A stretch of 64,000 nt of DNA from an uncultured Candidatus Micrarchaeota archaeon (GTDB lineage: Archaea; Micrarchaeota; Micrarchaeia; Anstonellales; Bilamarchaeaceae): the NCBI GenBank assembly GCA_963804385.1, contig CAWDQD010000009.1, positions 8,890 to 72,889 on the forward strand, read 5' to 3'. Positions within the stretch are counted from its first letter, which is position 1; every line of letters begins with the position of its first letter. The position numbers were made by a program, and so were the translations under genes. Positions 9,720 through 19,226 of this stretch are shown here, in pieces. The notes below the pieces were generated by a model, which saw only the letters and a list, made by a program, of their open reading frames with translations, was not told the DNA's origin and searched no databases.

Positions 9720-10898
9720 ATGCCAGTGAAATCGGGGACTTTTACGGTTGAATCATCCAAGCGGAGCGAGCTCGTATCTTATCCGATACGCGACATCGTG
9801 CAGGAAGCGAAGAAGATCGAGAAGCAGGGCACGCAGATGATATACCTCAATATCGGAGACCCTGCTCCGTTCGGTTTCCGGCCGCCGCAGCATATCCTCG
9901 ACGCCGCAGCGCAGGCGCTTACGCAGAATTATTCAGGCTACGCTCCTTCCGAAGGTGACCCGGAGCTCCGGCAGGCGATCGCCAAGTACGAGAAGACCGC
10001 TCCTGAAGACGTCTTCGTCACGTCCGGTCTGAGCGAGGGCATAGACTTCCTTTTCCAGGCCCTTGTGGACCCAGGAAGGAATATCGTCCTTCCGACCCCG
10101 ACATACCCGCTCTATCTCACCAAGGAGCGCCTAAGCTATGGCACAGTGGAATTCTACGACTGCGATTCGAACTTCGAACCGGACCTTGACAGCCTGCGCA
10201 AGAGCATCACCAAGTACACGAAAGCCATCCTCGTGATAAACCCCAACAACCCCACAGGGGCCGTATATTCCAGGAAGACGCTCGAAGGCATAGTCGATAT
10301 CGCCGGAGAGAGCAAGATCCCTATCATTTCAGATGACGCTTACGAGATGCTGGTGTTCGACGGCGGATACACCAACCTCAGGACGCTCCACAAGGACGTC
10401 CCGTTGGTCTCCGGCAACAGCATCTCCAAGAACTACCTCTATCCGGGCGCGCGTGTAGGATACCTCGCTTTCCACGGAGAAGGGTGGAGCGAAATGAAGG
10501 AGACCATGCAGCGCCTCTGCAACCAGCGGCTCTCGGTCAATTGGGAGATGCAGCGGGCATATCTCGCAGCCCTCAACGGTTCGCATGACCACATAAAACG
10601 CTTCAATGAGGAGCTCAAGAAGCGCCGCGACGTGGTTGTCAAGCGCGTCAAAAGCATACCTGGCCTGAGCCTCGCTGCGCCCAAAGGCGCTTTCTACGCT
10701 TTCATAAAGGTCGAGGATGACCGCTGGAAGGACGATAGCGAGTTCGTGCGAGGTCTGCTGAAGCACGGCGTCGTGACAGTGCCTGGCTCCGGCTTCGCTC
10801 CGACCATGAAAGGCAAATACTTCCGCCTGGTTTTCCTGCCGAAGCCAGAGCAGCTGGAGACCGCGTTCGACAGGATAGAAGCATACATGAAAAGATGA
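9720..10898 (+). CDS. Class I/II PLP-dependent aminotransferase (aspartate/alanine aminotransferase-like)
   Basis: 392 aa. NPNNPTGAVYS motif, a SISKNYLYPGARVGY lysine region, and a TATA-like CGCATATAAAAACACC about 45 nt upstream. Confidence 0.85.
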   Translation: MPVKSGTFTVESSKRSELVSYPIRDIVQEAKKIEKQGTQMIYLNIGDPAPFGFRPPQHILDAAAQALTQNYSGYAPSEGDPELRQAIAKYEKTAPEDVFVTSGLSEGIDFLFQALVDPGRNIVLPTPTYPLYLTKERLSYGTVEFYDCDSNFEPDLDSLRKSITKYTKAILVINPNNPTGAVYSRKTLEGIVDIAGESKIPIISDDAYEMLVFDGGYTNLRTLHKDVPLVSGNSISKNYLYPGARVGYLAFHGEGWSEMKETMQRLCNQRLSVNWEMQRAYLAALNGSHDHIKRFNEELKKRRDVVVKRVKSIPGLSLAAPKGAFYAFIKVEDDRWKDDSEFVRGLLKHGVVTVPGSGFAPTMKGKYFRLVFLPKPEQLETAFDRIEAYMKR

Positions 10899-11027
10899 TC
10901 AATTTTTCTTCTTTTTTGGGCTCTTTTTCTCATTGCTTGGCACGGTACGCTCTACAGGTTCGTGGAGCGGCTTGTCGAGCATGGCATTTATGACTTGGAT
11001 GTGCCTTGAAGCGAGCTTCCTTGGCCA

Positions 11028-13487
11028 TCATTTCTTCTTCACAGCCCCTTTCTTCGCTTTGAGCCTATCACGTAGGGACATGCCCGGGGTCGGCCTGGGC
11101 GGCGGGGGTTCGTCATCCTCGCCTTCTTTTTCCTCGACATCCTCGGTGTCTTCCTTTGAAGCGACCTCAGGCGCCTTGGTCTCGGGAGGGGCGTCTTCAG
11201 TCTCGACCTCTTCATCGCCTGCATCCATCCTGCGTTTCTGCATCTCCACCCTCATGATCTCCTTGAATATCGGCTGCCATTTCTCCCATGCGGCTGCGAA
11301 ATCCACCTCTCCGTGCTCGCTTTCCATGCTGGTTAGCAGCCTTGTGGCCGCGGTGTTCACCTTGAGCACGAAATCGAGCTCTAGAAGCAGCTTGTCGTTG
11401 AGCGTCTGGCTCGCTTTGTAGATCTCCCAGTACATCTTGCCTTTCCAGAACGCCTGGAGGACGTACTGCTCCGGGCTGATGCCGGTCTCTTCGCTGCGCC
11501 GTCCTAACGCAGGAGGCACGAACGCGAGATCCAGCTCCTTCTGGAGCTTCTTCAGGTTCACCTGGTCGAAATCCCACATGGACCCTTCCGGGTTCCTCAC
11601 GAATTTCGGCTCCCACTGGCACGTCTCTATGCTTTCGCCTCTCCTGAAGCGGAACACCTCGACGAATTTTTTCTCATCGATATCGCTCTCGTACTCGAAG
11701 CCTATGAGCCTGTATATGCGCCCCTTCCTCCCGAACCTGACCTTCTTGAGGAAGGTGTACCTGTCCGTTGCGTACATGCTCGCTGCCGGGAGCCCGAACA
11801 CCAGCTCGAGCCTGTCCTGGATATCCCTCAGCGACTCGGCATGGAGGTTGTAGAGCAGGAAGACGCCTGGCTGGGTGTTGAGGAGGTTGATGATGCCCTG
11901 CACGGCCACCCTGGACCTGACTTCGTTGATTATCAGCGCGGCATCGCCCATACGGAGGAGTGCATTGGCCATGGTGACCAGGTCTAGCTCCTTGGTCGTG
12001 GATTCCTCGACATCAGAGCTCTGGACGCGTGCTGCGCCTATGTGGAACCCCCTCTTGCGGAACGCGCGCACAGGTATCTCTTCGATATCCTGGACCGGGA
12101 TTATCCTCCTCCTCGTGCCGATGGATGTGATCTTGGCCGCTGTGAACGCCGTCTTTCCGACGCCTTTGAGCCCCAGGACCGCCTCCGAGCATCCCAGGCT
12201 GACCATCACGTCGTCATAGCCTGCGAAGAACGGGGTCATGGAATGGAAATTGAGGTATTGGGCGTATGTGAACGGCTCCTCTTTCATGATACGGAGCGCT
12301 CCCTGGAGCTCGCCGAAAGTCGCCGGCGGCCTCTGGAGGTGGCACCTCATCGATAGCCGTTTCAGCACGACATCCACTATAGGGTTGTTCTCGTCGAACT
12401 TCCTCGTTCCCTTGAGCGTATACACGATATTCTTGAAGCATCTTTCGAGGAGATCGCGGTTGTACCGGAAAAGCGTGTGGCAGAGGCCGAATTTCCTGTG
12501 CTCGATATAAAGAGGAGAGTTCTCGCTGTCGATATAGATATCAGTGACATTCTCCTTGTCGAGCGAGAGATTCTCGATATGGGCTCCGAGTCCGACCACC
12601 CATGCCGCGCATTCACGGCCCATGGCTATGGCCTGCTGCGGGGTTATAGGTGTGCTGTCCATGATGGCCTTGTCCATGAAATACTGGCGGTATTCCCTGG
12701 TCTTGAGGTTCATGAGTATGTCCCAGTCCACGTTCATGAACTGCTCCTTGAATTGCTCGTTCACGGTGGTCTTGAGGAGCTTGTTCAATTCGGGGTTCAG
12801 GAGGTCTATGCCGTTATTAGTCTGGACATAAAGGTAGGATTCAGCACCCGGGATCTCGTATATCTGCACTTCCACTCCGAAAGGGAGCGAATAATGCGCG
12901 TCAGGATCCTTGACCGGTATAGCGTCTTTCGGGATTCCAAGGACGAGCGAAGGGACGAAATATAACGTCTTGAGCCCGACAAGTTCCAGGAACGCGGCCC
13001 TCAGGTCCCCGGTGTCTTTGACCAGGTTGTAGAGGCGCGTCGCGGTGTACCTCTTGAGGATGCCCGCGACCCAGGCCTTATACGTCTGGTACCCCTTGAG
13101 GTAGATGGATTTCTCGGGTTCACCTTCGTCGTAGCTGCTGAGCTCCTGAGCCGCGAGGAGGGGGTTGAGGAAAACGTATTCGTAGAACCTCCTGAGAACC
13201 TTCCTGCGGTTATCATAAGCAGGATCCTGCTTGAGCCCATATATCTCCTCTTTGAGCAGTATCGTCTCGAGCTGCCTTATGAATGCGGCGTATTGCGTGA
13301 GGACGAGGGTCTTCTCCTCGTCGAGCTCCACCACTATCTCTTCCTCGTACCTGATAGTCTTGATAGGGGATTCGGTCGTTGACAGGTCTTTGAGGTGCAG
13401 ATTCAGGAACTCAGGAGAAGCGAATTCGTACGGGCATTTCGACAGGTCTACGATAGCCCTGTTGCCTTCGAGGTATAAATTACACAT
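11028..13487 (-). CDS. FlaI/GspE/VirB11-family secretion ATPase homolog with ~440-aa N-terminal extension and acidic, Lys-rich C-terminal tail
   Basis: 819 aa. P-loop LGLKGVGKT (GxxGxGKT), followed by RRIIPVQDIEEIPV (compare ...IEDTxEL). The C-terminal region ALIINEVRSRVAVQGIINLLNTQPGVFLLYNLHAESLRDIQDRL aligns by eye to the GspE/FlaI Walker-B/His-box region (IIVGEVRGxEA...LQAMNTGHxG..TiHAxS). The tail is DEEVETEDAPPETKAPEVASKEDTEDVEEKEGEDDEPPPP...KAKKGAVKKK. Confidence 0.5.
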   Translation of the reverse strand: MCNLYLEGNRAIVDLSKCPYEFASPEFLNLHLKDLSTTESPIKTIRYEEEIVVELDEEKTLVLTQYAAFIRQLETILLKEEIYGLKQDPAYDNRRKVLRRFYEYVFLNPLLAAQELSSYDEGEPEKSIYLKGYQTYKAWVAGILKRYTATRLYNLVKDTGDLRAAFLELVGLKTLYFVPSLVLGIPKDAIPVKDPDAHYSLPFGVEVQIYEIPGAESYLYVQTNNGIDLLNPELNKLLKTTVNEQFKEQFMNVDWDILMNLKTREYRQYFMDKAIMDSTPITPQQAIAMGRECAAWVVGLGAHIENLSLDKENVTDIYIDSENSPLYIEHRKFGLCHTLFRYNRDLLERCFKNIVYTLKGTRKFDENNPIVDVVLKRLSMRCHLQRPPATFGELQGALRIMKEEPFTYAQYLNFHSMTPFFAGYDDVMVSLGCSEAVLGLKGVGKTAFTAAKITSIGTRRRIIPVQDIEEIPVRAFRKRGFHIGAARVQSSDVEESTTKELDLVTMANALLRMGDAALIINEVRSRVAVQGIINLLNTQPGVFLLYNLHAESLRDIQDRLELVFGLPAASMYATDRYTFLKKVRFGRKGRIYRLIGFEYESDIDEKKFVEVFRFRRGESIETCQWEPKFVRNPEGSMWDFDQVNLKKLQKELDLAFVPPALGRRSEETGISPEQYVLQAFWKGKMYWEIYKASQTLNDKLLLELDFVLKVNTAATRLLTSMESEHGEVDFAAAWEKWQPIFKEIMRVEMQKRRMDAGDEEVETEDAPPETKAPEVASKEDTEDVEEKEGEDDEPPPPRPTPGMSLRDRLKAKKGAVKKK

Positions 13488-13528
13488 GCGTTAGCTATCG
13501 GATTAGAATATTTAAATGCTGTAGCTTC

Positions 13529-15124
13529 TCAGTTGGTCGAGTTGTCGTCTGATTCGTTTCCTGAGGGATTGTTGTCATCGCCCGTGGAATCATCGTCCTC
13601 GGCGGCTTTATCGCTTGCGGGTTCTTCCGTCGGCTCTTTTGGCGCATGGGTCGTTTTGGGCTGTCTCTTGAAGGTTACCGTCTCTTCTGCGTGCCCCGGG
13701 GAGATGACGAGCCGAGCCTCCTGCTTCCTGTCCCTGGATTTAATGAGCAGCCTGTGATTGCCATCCGGAAGTTCCATCCTGAGCGGGGTGACGCCGAGTT
13801 CAAGCGGCTCTTTTTCAGAAGTTACATCGTATACAAAGCTTCCAGCCGGATCGCTGTTTATCTTTATCGCGAACTTCTTCTCGGCGGGTACGGTGTTTTG
13901 AACTTGCTCCGGCGGAGCGGTCTCCCGCGGTGCATCCTGCATGGTAGATGTAACCCTTGCCTTGAGTTTTTCATAGTATGGCCCGTAGAATCTCGAGAGA
14001 TCTTGGTACGTCGACACGGCCAAGGCGCTCATACCTGCCAGCACGGCGGTAAGGAGAAGCTTTCTTGCCACATGGCTGCCAGCCGCCTTGGTCTCATGTC
14101 TGGGCGGCGGGGTCCTTACGATCGGCTCATCCGGTTTTTCATCGAGTCCTACCCTTAGGAGGTCGCCTCCTAGGCTCACAAGAGAGATGTCTTCGCCATG
14201 GAGGATGGCTTCTCGGAGCTCTCCGATATTCGCGTATCTGTCCTCCTTATTCTTTTGCATGGCTTTGAGGATGATATCTTCCGCTGCTTTAGGGATAGTC
14301 AACTGAGGATATCTTACGCTCGGAGGCACCACCGCGTTATGGATCTGCATCATCAGGACCTCGAGATTGGCAGCATCCTGGTCCGCCTTATTAGATGAGA
14401 ACGGCACCTCGCCGGTCAGCATATTGTGCATTATGATCCCGAGAGCGTATATGTCGACTCTGTGGTCCATGGAATCTCTCTTGGTTATCTGTTCCGGTGC
14501 CGCGTACTGCGGTGTGCCGGCAAACATCCCCGTGGCGGTGTGCGGACCGTCCTGCCTGTCCATGAACTTGGCAATACCGAAATCGAGGACCTTGACGATC
14601 TCCCGTCCTTCGTTTTCGACAATGAAAATGTTCGGGGGTTTTAGGTCGCGGTGCATTATGCCTTTCGCGTGCGCCGCTCCAATGCCGTCGCATACCTGGA
14701 GCATGATACGCCTCGTATCCTCCCAGTTGAGCGGTCCGTTATCCCTGAGGTAGGTCTTGAGATCCTTTCCATCCAGGTATTCCACGACCATGTATGGCCG
14801 TCCCTTATACTCGTCTGCGGCGAATATCCGGATGACGTTCTCGTGCCGTATGTCTGCCATGGCCCTGGCTTCGATCAGGAAACGCTCTTTGGCGCTAGGA
14901 TCAGATGTATTCATGATCTTGATAGCGACCTTGGTTTGGCTATTGAGATCCAAAGCAGAGTATATCTTTCCCATGCCGCCTTCGCCTATCAGGTCTTGAA
15001 TGGCGTATCTCTGCTGGATTATCGCCCCGGACATAGGATCGCTCTTAAGCAACGGGCGGCCTGCCATCCCTGCCTTTTCGGTAGGCTCTGGGTGAGGCGT
15101 AGGTTCTTTCCTAATAGGAGGCAT
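13529..15124 (-). CDS. Hanks-type serine/threonine protein kinase with C-terminal TM segment and extracytoplasmic domain
   Basis: 531 aa. Gly loop IGEGGMGKIY, VAIK, catalytic loop HRDLKPPNIF, DFGIAK, APE (GTPQYAAPE). A predicted TM helix LLLTAVLAGMSALAVS lies near aa 350. Confidence 0.85.
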   Translation of the reverse strand: MPPIRKEPTPHPEPTEKAGMAGRPLLKSDPMSGAIIQQRYAIQDLIGEGGMGKIYSALDLNSQTKVAIKIMNTSDPSAKERFLIEARAMADIRHENVIRIFAADEYKGRPYMVVEYLDGKDLKTYLRDNGPLNWEDTRRIMLQVCDGIGAAHAKGIMHRDLKPPNIFIVENEGREIVKVLDFGIAKFMDRQDGPHTATGMFAGTPQYAAPEQITKRDSMDHRVDIYALGIIMHNMLTGEVPFSSNKADQDAANLEVLMMQIHNAVVPPSVRYPQLTIPKAAEDIILKAMQKNKEDRYANIGELREAILHGEDISLVSLGGDLLRVGLDEKPDEPIVRTPPPRHETKAAGSHVARKLLLTAVLAGMSALAVSTYQDLSRFYGPYYEKLKARVTSTMQDAPRETAPPEQVQNTVPAEKKFAIKINSDPAGSFVYDVTSEKEPLELGVTPLRMELPDGNHRLLIKSRDRKQEARLVISPGHAEETVTFKRQPKTTHAPKEPTEEPASDKAAEDDDSTGDDNNPSGNESDDNSTN

Positions 15125-15234
15125 GTTATAATTTATGTTCAGAAGTATTTTTAAACCGCTACCCTAGGGCTATTATCACAACTAGGTCTGGAAATGATTG
15201 ACCTGGCAGTAGCAGGGATAATAGGGAAAGATGC

Positions 15235-16974
15235 TCAACCGGTTTTCTTCTTCTCGTCTTCTTTGGCCAGCACTCCTTCCACGATGGCAGCGTACGCCGG
15301 TCTTGTCAGCAGGTAGCCCAGGATGGCGCCCAGTATCGTGGATTCGGAGAAACCTATTATCTCGACAAGCAGAAGCCCGGAGAGTAGCCTTGAGAAGAGC
15401 AGGGGCACCATGGTGAAGATAGCGACCACGATATTAGTCTTGATTATGCTGAAAGCCATGTCTATCTTCTCACGCGTGGTGTGGTGCTCGTCTTTCTTGA
15501 GCAATTCGTCTGTTATGATTATCTGGGCGTCCACCCCCACGCCTATGGCTGCGATGATGCCCGCCATGGTCGGAAGGTCTATGGTGAACGCTCCCAATAT
15601 GGATAGCAGTATAGCGAGCTCGGCCATGCTGATGAGGACGATCGGCATCGTGGCGGCCAGGTTCCTGTACCGAACGCCGATCATGATGGCTATGAGGATG
15701 AGCGAGCATGCGATGGTTATCAGGCTCAGCTTGAGGAATTCGCTCCCCAGCGTTGCAGGGATGACAGTCTTCGAGCCGAGTGTTATCTGGACCGGCAAGG
15801 CGCCTCCTTTGAGTATGGACTCTATGCTTTTCACGCGGTCGTCCACCGCTTGCGCTTTCAGGTTGGGGTCGGTCACGCTCACGGCGCCCGTGATGATGAA
15901 GTTATAGTTAGGCACTCCGGATGTGACCCCAGAACTCAGTATCGGAGCCGTGAGGAGCCCTACCGAATCCAGCTCGTCGAGCACAAGGACCTGGCTCGCT
16001 GTCCGCTGGAATGACGGGACCATCTTGGCATCCGGCATCTGCACGAGCGTGAACCCGCGTTCCGTGAGCATCTGTTTGACCTGCGCGGAAGCGTTCTCGC
16101 TGATTATGGCTTCGGTCTTGTTATCTGCAGGGGTGACATTAGTATCGTTTTGGATATCGTCGACTATGTAGACGGGGATATTGCTGTTCCCGAGTTTCAG
16201 CGCATCCCGTATCGCGCCCAGCGCCTCCTTCTCGTTCGAATCCGAAGGGGTGCCATTCTTTAGGGTCGCCCTGCTCAGGAATAGCGCAGCATCAGATGGC
16301 CGGTCGAGGTACATATATACAGGGTAATCCTGCTTTCCCTTGGCTGCGTCTGCGAACTGCTTGGCGCCTACGTCGTCGACGGAAAACGCCACGCCCCAAT
16401 CCGGCACGCCGCCGCCCCCGCTTTGCAGGAGCTGGGTTCCGGTCAGAGGGCTGATGGATGTGCGGAAAATATGATCGCCGCTCACGGCTATCTTCCCGTC
16501 GACTACCCCGGTGTAGACCCCCTGCTCGGAGAGCGTGTTTTCCACGAAGTTGATCGTATTCTCGTCGTTGCTGGGCACTTCGACGTACAGCTGGTTGTCG
16601 CCGATGGCCTGCACCTGCACTTCGCTCAGGCCTAGCACGCTGACCCTGTCCTTCACTGTCTGGACGATCTCGTCCATGGTGGACTGGTCGACCGCCTGAT
16701 CGAGCGTTACCGGGATCCTCGTTCCTCCGACAAAGTCAATGCCGAACTTCAGGCCGTTGACGTATATGCTCGAAAGCGCGAGGAGCACTATCAGCGCGAG
16801 GCCTACGAGTTTGATATGCGATTCCTTCCAGAAAAGCGATAGCGAACCGAAGACGATGACTCCGGTCATTATGATGACTCCGGACAAGGGTGTTTTGTAG
16901 TAGACTATCCCAGCCAGGAATACCAGGAACAGGAGCACCAGGGAGACGAGTTTCTTATCATCAAACAAGTTCAT
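15235..16974 (-). CDS. secD: Protein-export membrane protein SecD
   Basis: 579 aa. N-terminal TM, a large periplasmic-type domain (GIDFVGGTRIPV), and a C-terminal 6-TM bundle (IAAIGVGVDAQIIITDE). Immediately downstream of secF with a 14-nt overlap. Confidence 0.75.
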   Translation of the reverse strand: MNLFDDKKLVSLVLLFLVFLAGIVYYKTPLSGVIIMTGVIVFGSLSLFWKESHIKLVGLALIVLLALSSIYVNGLKFGIDFVGGTRIPVTLDQAVDQSTMDEIVQTVKDRVSVLGLSEVQVQAIGDNQLYVEVPSNDENTINFVENTLSEQGVYTGVVDGKIAVSGDHIFRTSISPLTGTQLLQSGGGGVPDWGVAFSVDDVGAKQFADAAKGKQDYPVYMYLDRPSDAALFLSRATLKNGTPSDSNEKEALGAIRDALKLGNSNIPVYIVDDIQNDTNVTPADNKTEAIISENASAQVKQMLTERGFTLVQMPDAKMVPSFQRTASQVLVLDELDSVGLLTAPILSSGVTSGVPNYNFIITGAVSVTDPNLKAQAVDDRVKSIESILKGGALPVQITLGSKTVIPATLGSEFLKLSLITIACSLILIAIMIGVRYRNLAATMPIVLISMAELAILLSILGAFTIDLPTMAGIIAAIGVGVDAQIIITDELLKKDEHHTTREKIDMAFSIIKTNIVVAIFTMVPLLFSRLLSGLLLVEIIGFSESTILGAILGYLLTRPAYAAIVEGVLAKEDEKKKTG

Positions 16975-18115
16975 TTTCCTTCACCTTCCTGTGCTCCACG
17001 TACGTCAGTACCGTGACCGCATTTATGCCCCATGTGGCGAACATATCGCCGAAGATGCCCGCGAGGCATACCGCGGATATCTCATAGTATGTCGGGATGT
17101 GCGTGAGTATCGAGAGTATGAACAATCCTCCGAAAGACACGACTGCCGCCAGGCTCATTGTAAGGCCGGTCTTCATGGCATCGAAGGCATTATCGCGAGG
17201 CTCTCCTTTCCTCTTCACCAGCCTGGTAGTAAGGAGGATGTCCGTGTCGAGCGAGAAGCCCACCAGCATCAGCAGGGCCGCGAAGGAAGCCAGGGTCAGT
17301 TGGATGTGGAACAATCCCATGGCGCCCATTGCTATCACGACGTCGCAGAGCGCTCCGGTGAGCACCGCCAGGCTCGGGACTATCGTCCTGAAGAAAAGGA
17401 ATACGAGGAGGGCGCTGAGCAGTGCCGCCCATAAAGAAATTATCAGTATGCTGCTTATGAAGCTCGAAGAGAGCACTGGGCTCACTATCTGGATGGATAT
17501 GGAATCGTATTGCACCAGATTGCTCAGCGGTCCGGTGACCGAATCCTGGTAGTTCGAATAGACAGCATCGTATGATTCGGTGAACCTCTTCTGGAGGTCG
17601 TTCGTGCCGCTGATGTTCAGATCCGCTCTGTTCACCTTAGCGAGAGCGAACATCTGGTCCGAGATGTTGTCGAGCTGAGCTTTCTCCTGCATATACTGGC
17701 TATTATAGCTAGAATTCGTGTAAGCCTGGACCTCGAGCTGCGATACCTTGGGGAGAAGAGCATTGAAGCTCGTCTTGAGGCTCTCCGCTTCCACAAGATC
17801 CTTGCTCTGCGGGACCTCTATCTCGGTCTGATATCCCAATGTGGTGGGGAACGATTGCACGGTCGCGTCTATCCCTTCCGCAGCGAGCTGGCTCTGGAGC
17901 TGCGGCGCGTCCACGCTCTTGTTCATGGAGAGCGTTATCAGCGTGCCTCCCTGGAAATCCACACCCATCTTTATCGATGGTATGTAGAACAGGGATATGA
18001 CTATCAACAGTAGCGGCGCTATTGCTAATAGCTTGTAGTTCCCCTTGTAGATATTAGGCAACATCAGAATCAATAGGGGAAAATAGTACGATAACGCATA
18101 AAAACCCTCCCGCAA
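16961..18115 (-). CDS. secF: Protein-export membrane protein SecF
   Basis: 384 aa. GVDFQGGTLITL motif and a C-terminal multi-TM domain. Archaeal secF-secD order and overlap. Confidence 0.75.
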   Translation of the reverse strand: MREGFYALSYYFPLLILMLPNIYKGNYKLLAIAPLLLIVISLFYIPSIKMGVDFQGGTLITLSMNKSVDAPQLQSQLAAEGIDATVQSFPTTLGYQTEIEVPQSKDLVEAESLKTSFNALLPKVSQLEVQAYTNSSYNSQYMQEKAQLDNISDQMFALAKVNRADLNISGTNDLQKRFTESYDAVYSNYQDSVTGPLSNLVQYDSISIQIVSPVLSSSFISSILIISLWAALLSALLVFLFFRTIVPSLAVLTGALCDVVIAMGAMGLFHIQLTLASFAALLMLVGFSLDTDILLTTRLVKRKGEPRDNAFDAMKTGLTMSLAAVVSFGGLFILSILTHIPTYYEISAVCLAGIFGDMFATWGINAVTVLTYVEHRKVKENELV

Positions 18116-18196
18116 GCATCTGCCCCTAGCATGCTTATCGGTTTTTCTGATGGATGGAGGCCAAATCCGGATTCACCACCACGGAGCCGAACCGGT

Positions 18197-18308
18197 TGAA
18201 ATAAAATGGACTTGGGGGGACTCGCACCCCCGGCCTCTCCGATTCTCTGAACTTTTCGACGGGTTTTTCCCTAAAAAGTTTATGCGAACGGAGCGCTCTG
18301 CTGCTGAG
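18197..18308 (-). tRNA. tRNA-Ala(CGC) with ~39-nt intron at the canonical 37/38 position; non-canonical D- and T-loops
   Basis: Hand-folded from the minus strand. Acceptor GGGCTTG/CAAGTCC with G3:U70 (the Ala identity pair). D-stem GCTC/GAGC. Anticodon stem CTCCG/CGGAG. Loop TT-CGC-A is interrupted by TAAACTTTTTAGGGAAAAACCCGTCGAAAAGTTCAGAGAA. T-stem GGGGG/CCCCC. Discriminator A, then a T-run. The D-loop lacks GG19 and the T-loop reads TGCGAGT instead of TTCRAAT. Confidence 0.55.
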
Positions 18309-18321
18309 CTACAAGCCCGGG

Positions 18322-18332
18322 TATTGATTGAT
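18322..18332. promoter_or_regulatory. TATA-box element (TCTATAAAA) plausibly serving tRNA-Ala (minus) and the VIT gene (plus)
   Basis: AT-rich TATA-like octamer about 20 nt upstream of the tRNA 5' end on the minus strand and about 70 nt upstream of the VIT-family ATG on the plus strand. Confidence 0.3.
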
Positions 18333-18400
18333 TCTATAAAACCAGGCGGATTGAATTATTCTAAGCAAGTATTATTAAATTTGTACGGCAGGTCCACACG

Positions 18401-19141
18401 ATGGCAAGCAGGAAAAAAGAGAGCGATAAGGCGCCACAACGCAGGCCGCCCGAACCGCACAAAATAGGTCAAGGCGCGATTTTCCGAGATATAATACTCG
18501 GGGGTCAAGATGGGATCGTGAATATCCTAGGAATCATGCTCGGGGTTGCGACAGCCACAGGTTCGAGCCAGTTCGTCCTCCTCTCGGGCCTTGCAGCGAC
18601 ATGCGCAGAAAGCGTCAGCATGGCCGCAGTCGCGTATACGTCGAGCCGCGCCGAAGCGGAGCATTATCGAGCCGAAGTCGAACGCGAGAAATTCGAGATG
18701 AAGAGCCTCCCCGAAATAGAACGGCAGGAAATAAGGGATATCTACAGGGTCAAGGGATTCGAGGGGGAGCTCCTCGAGCAGATCGTGGATAAGATATGCT
18801 CTAAAGACGAAATCTGGCTGGACACAATGATGAGGGAGGAGCTGAAGCTCGAGAACCCAGAGGACGGGATGTCTCCTCTCAAGCGCGGCATCCTAGTTGG
18901 GGCAAGCGCACTTATCGGCTCGTTCATACCTATCGTGCCATTCATGGTCCTGGCTCCGCAGCAGGCGCTCCTCCTGGCTTTGGTGGCATCGCTCGCGATA
19001 CTGTTCATAGTGGGCGCCATCAAGAGCAATATGGCATCCGGAAAATGGCTTCGCGGCGGTCTCGAACTGATGCTGATCGGAGGCGCGGCAGCGGCAGCGG
19101 GATACATCGTGGGGTTGGTGTTCCAGATAAAAAGTCCATAA
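18401..19141 (+). CDS. VIT1/CCC1-family iron/manganese transporter
   Basis: 246 aa. GGQDGIVNILGIMLGVA...CAESVSMAAVAYTSS is the N-terminal VIT signature. A central cytoplasmic helical segment and a C-terminal TM bundle follow. Confidence 0.7.
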   Translation: MASRKKESDKAPQRRPPEPHKIGQGAIFRDIILGGQDGIVNILGIMLGVATATGSSQFVLLSGLAATCAESVSMAAVAYTSSRAEAEHYRAEVEREKFEMKSLPEIERQEIRDIYRVKGFEGELLEQIVDKICSKDEIWLDTMMREELKLENPEDGMSPLKRGILVGASALIGSFIPIVPFMVLAPQQALLLALVASLAILFIVGAIKSNMASGKWLRGGLELMLIGGAAAAAGYIVGLVFQIKSP

Positions 19142-19226
19142 TCTCTTTTTTAATCTTTCAAACACATACCCTTATAAAATGAATTTACACAAGTTTATAG
19201 GTACATAAACAAATGGGTGGATTATT

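Noticed and set aside
11212-13494. Multiple 60-160-aa ORFs on both strands within the FlaI-like ATPase gene
   Set aside because: Shadow ORFs. The 819-aa frame carries the P-loop and His-box motifs.
14065-15154. Plus-strand ORFs (67-170 aa) inside the kinase gene
   Set aside because: Antisense to a gene with complete Hanks kinase subdomains.
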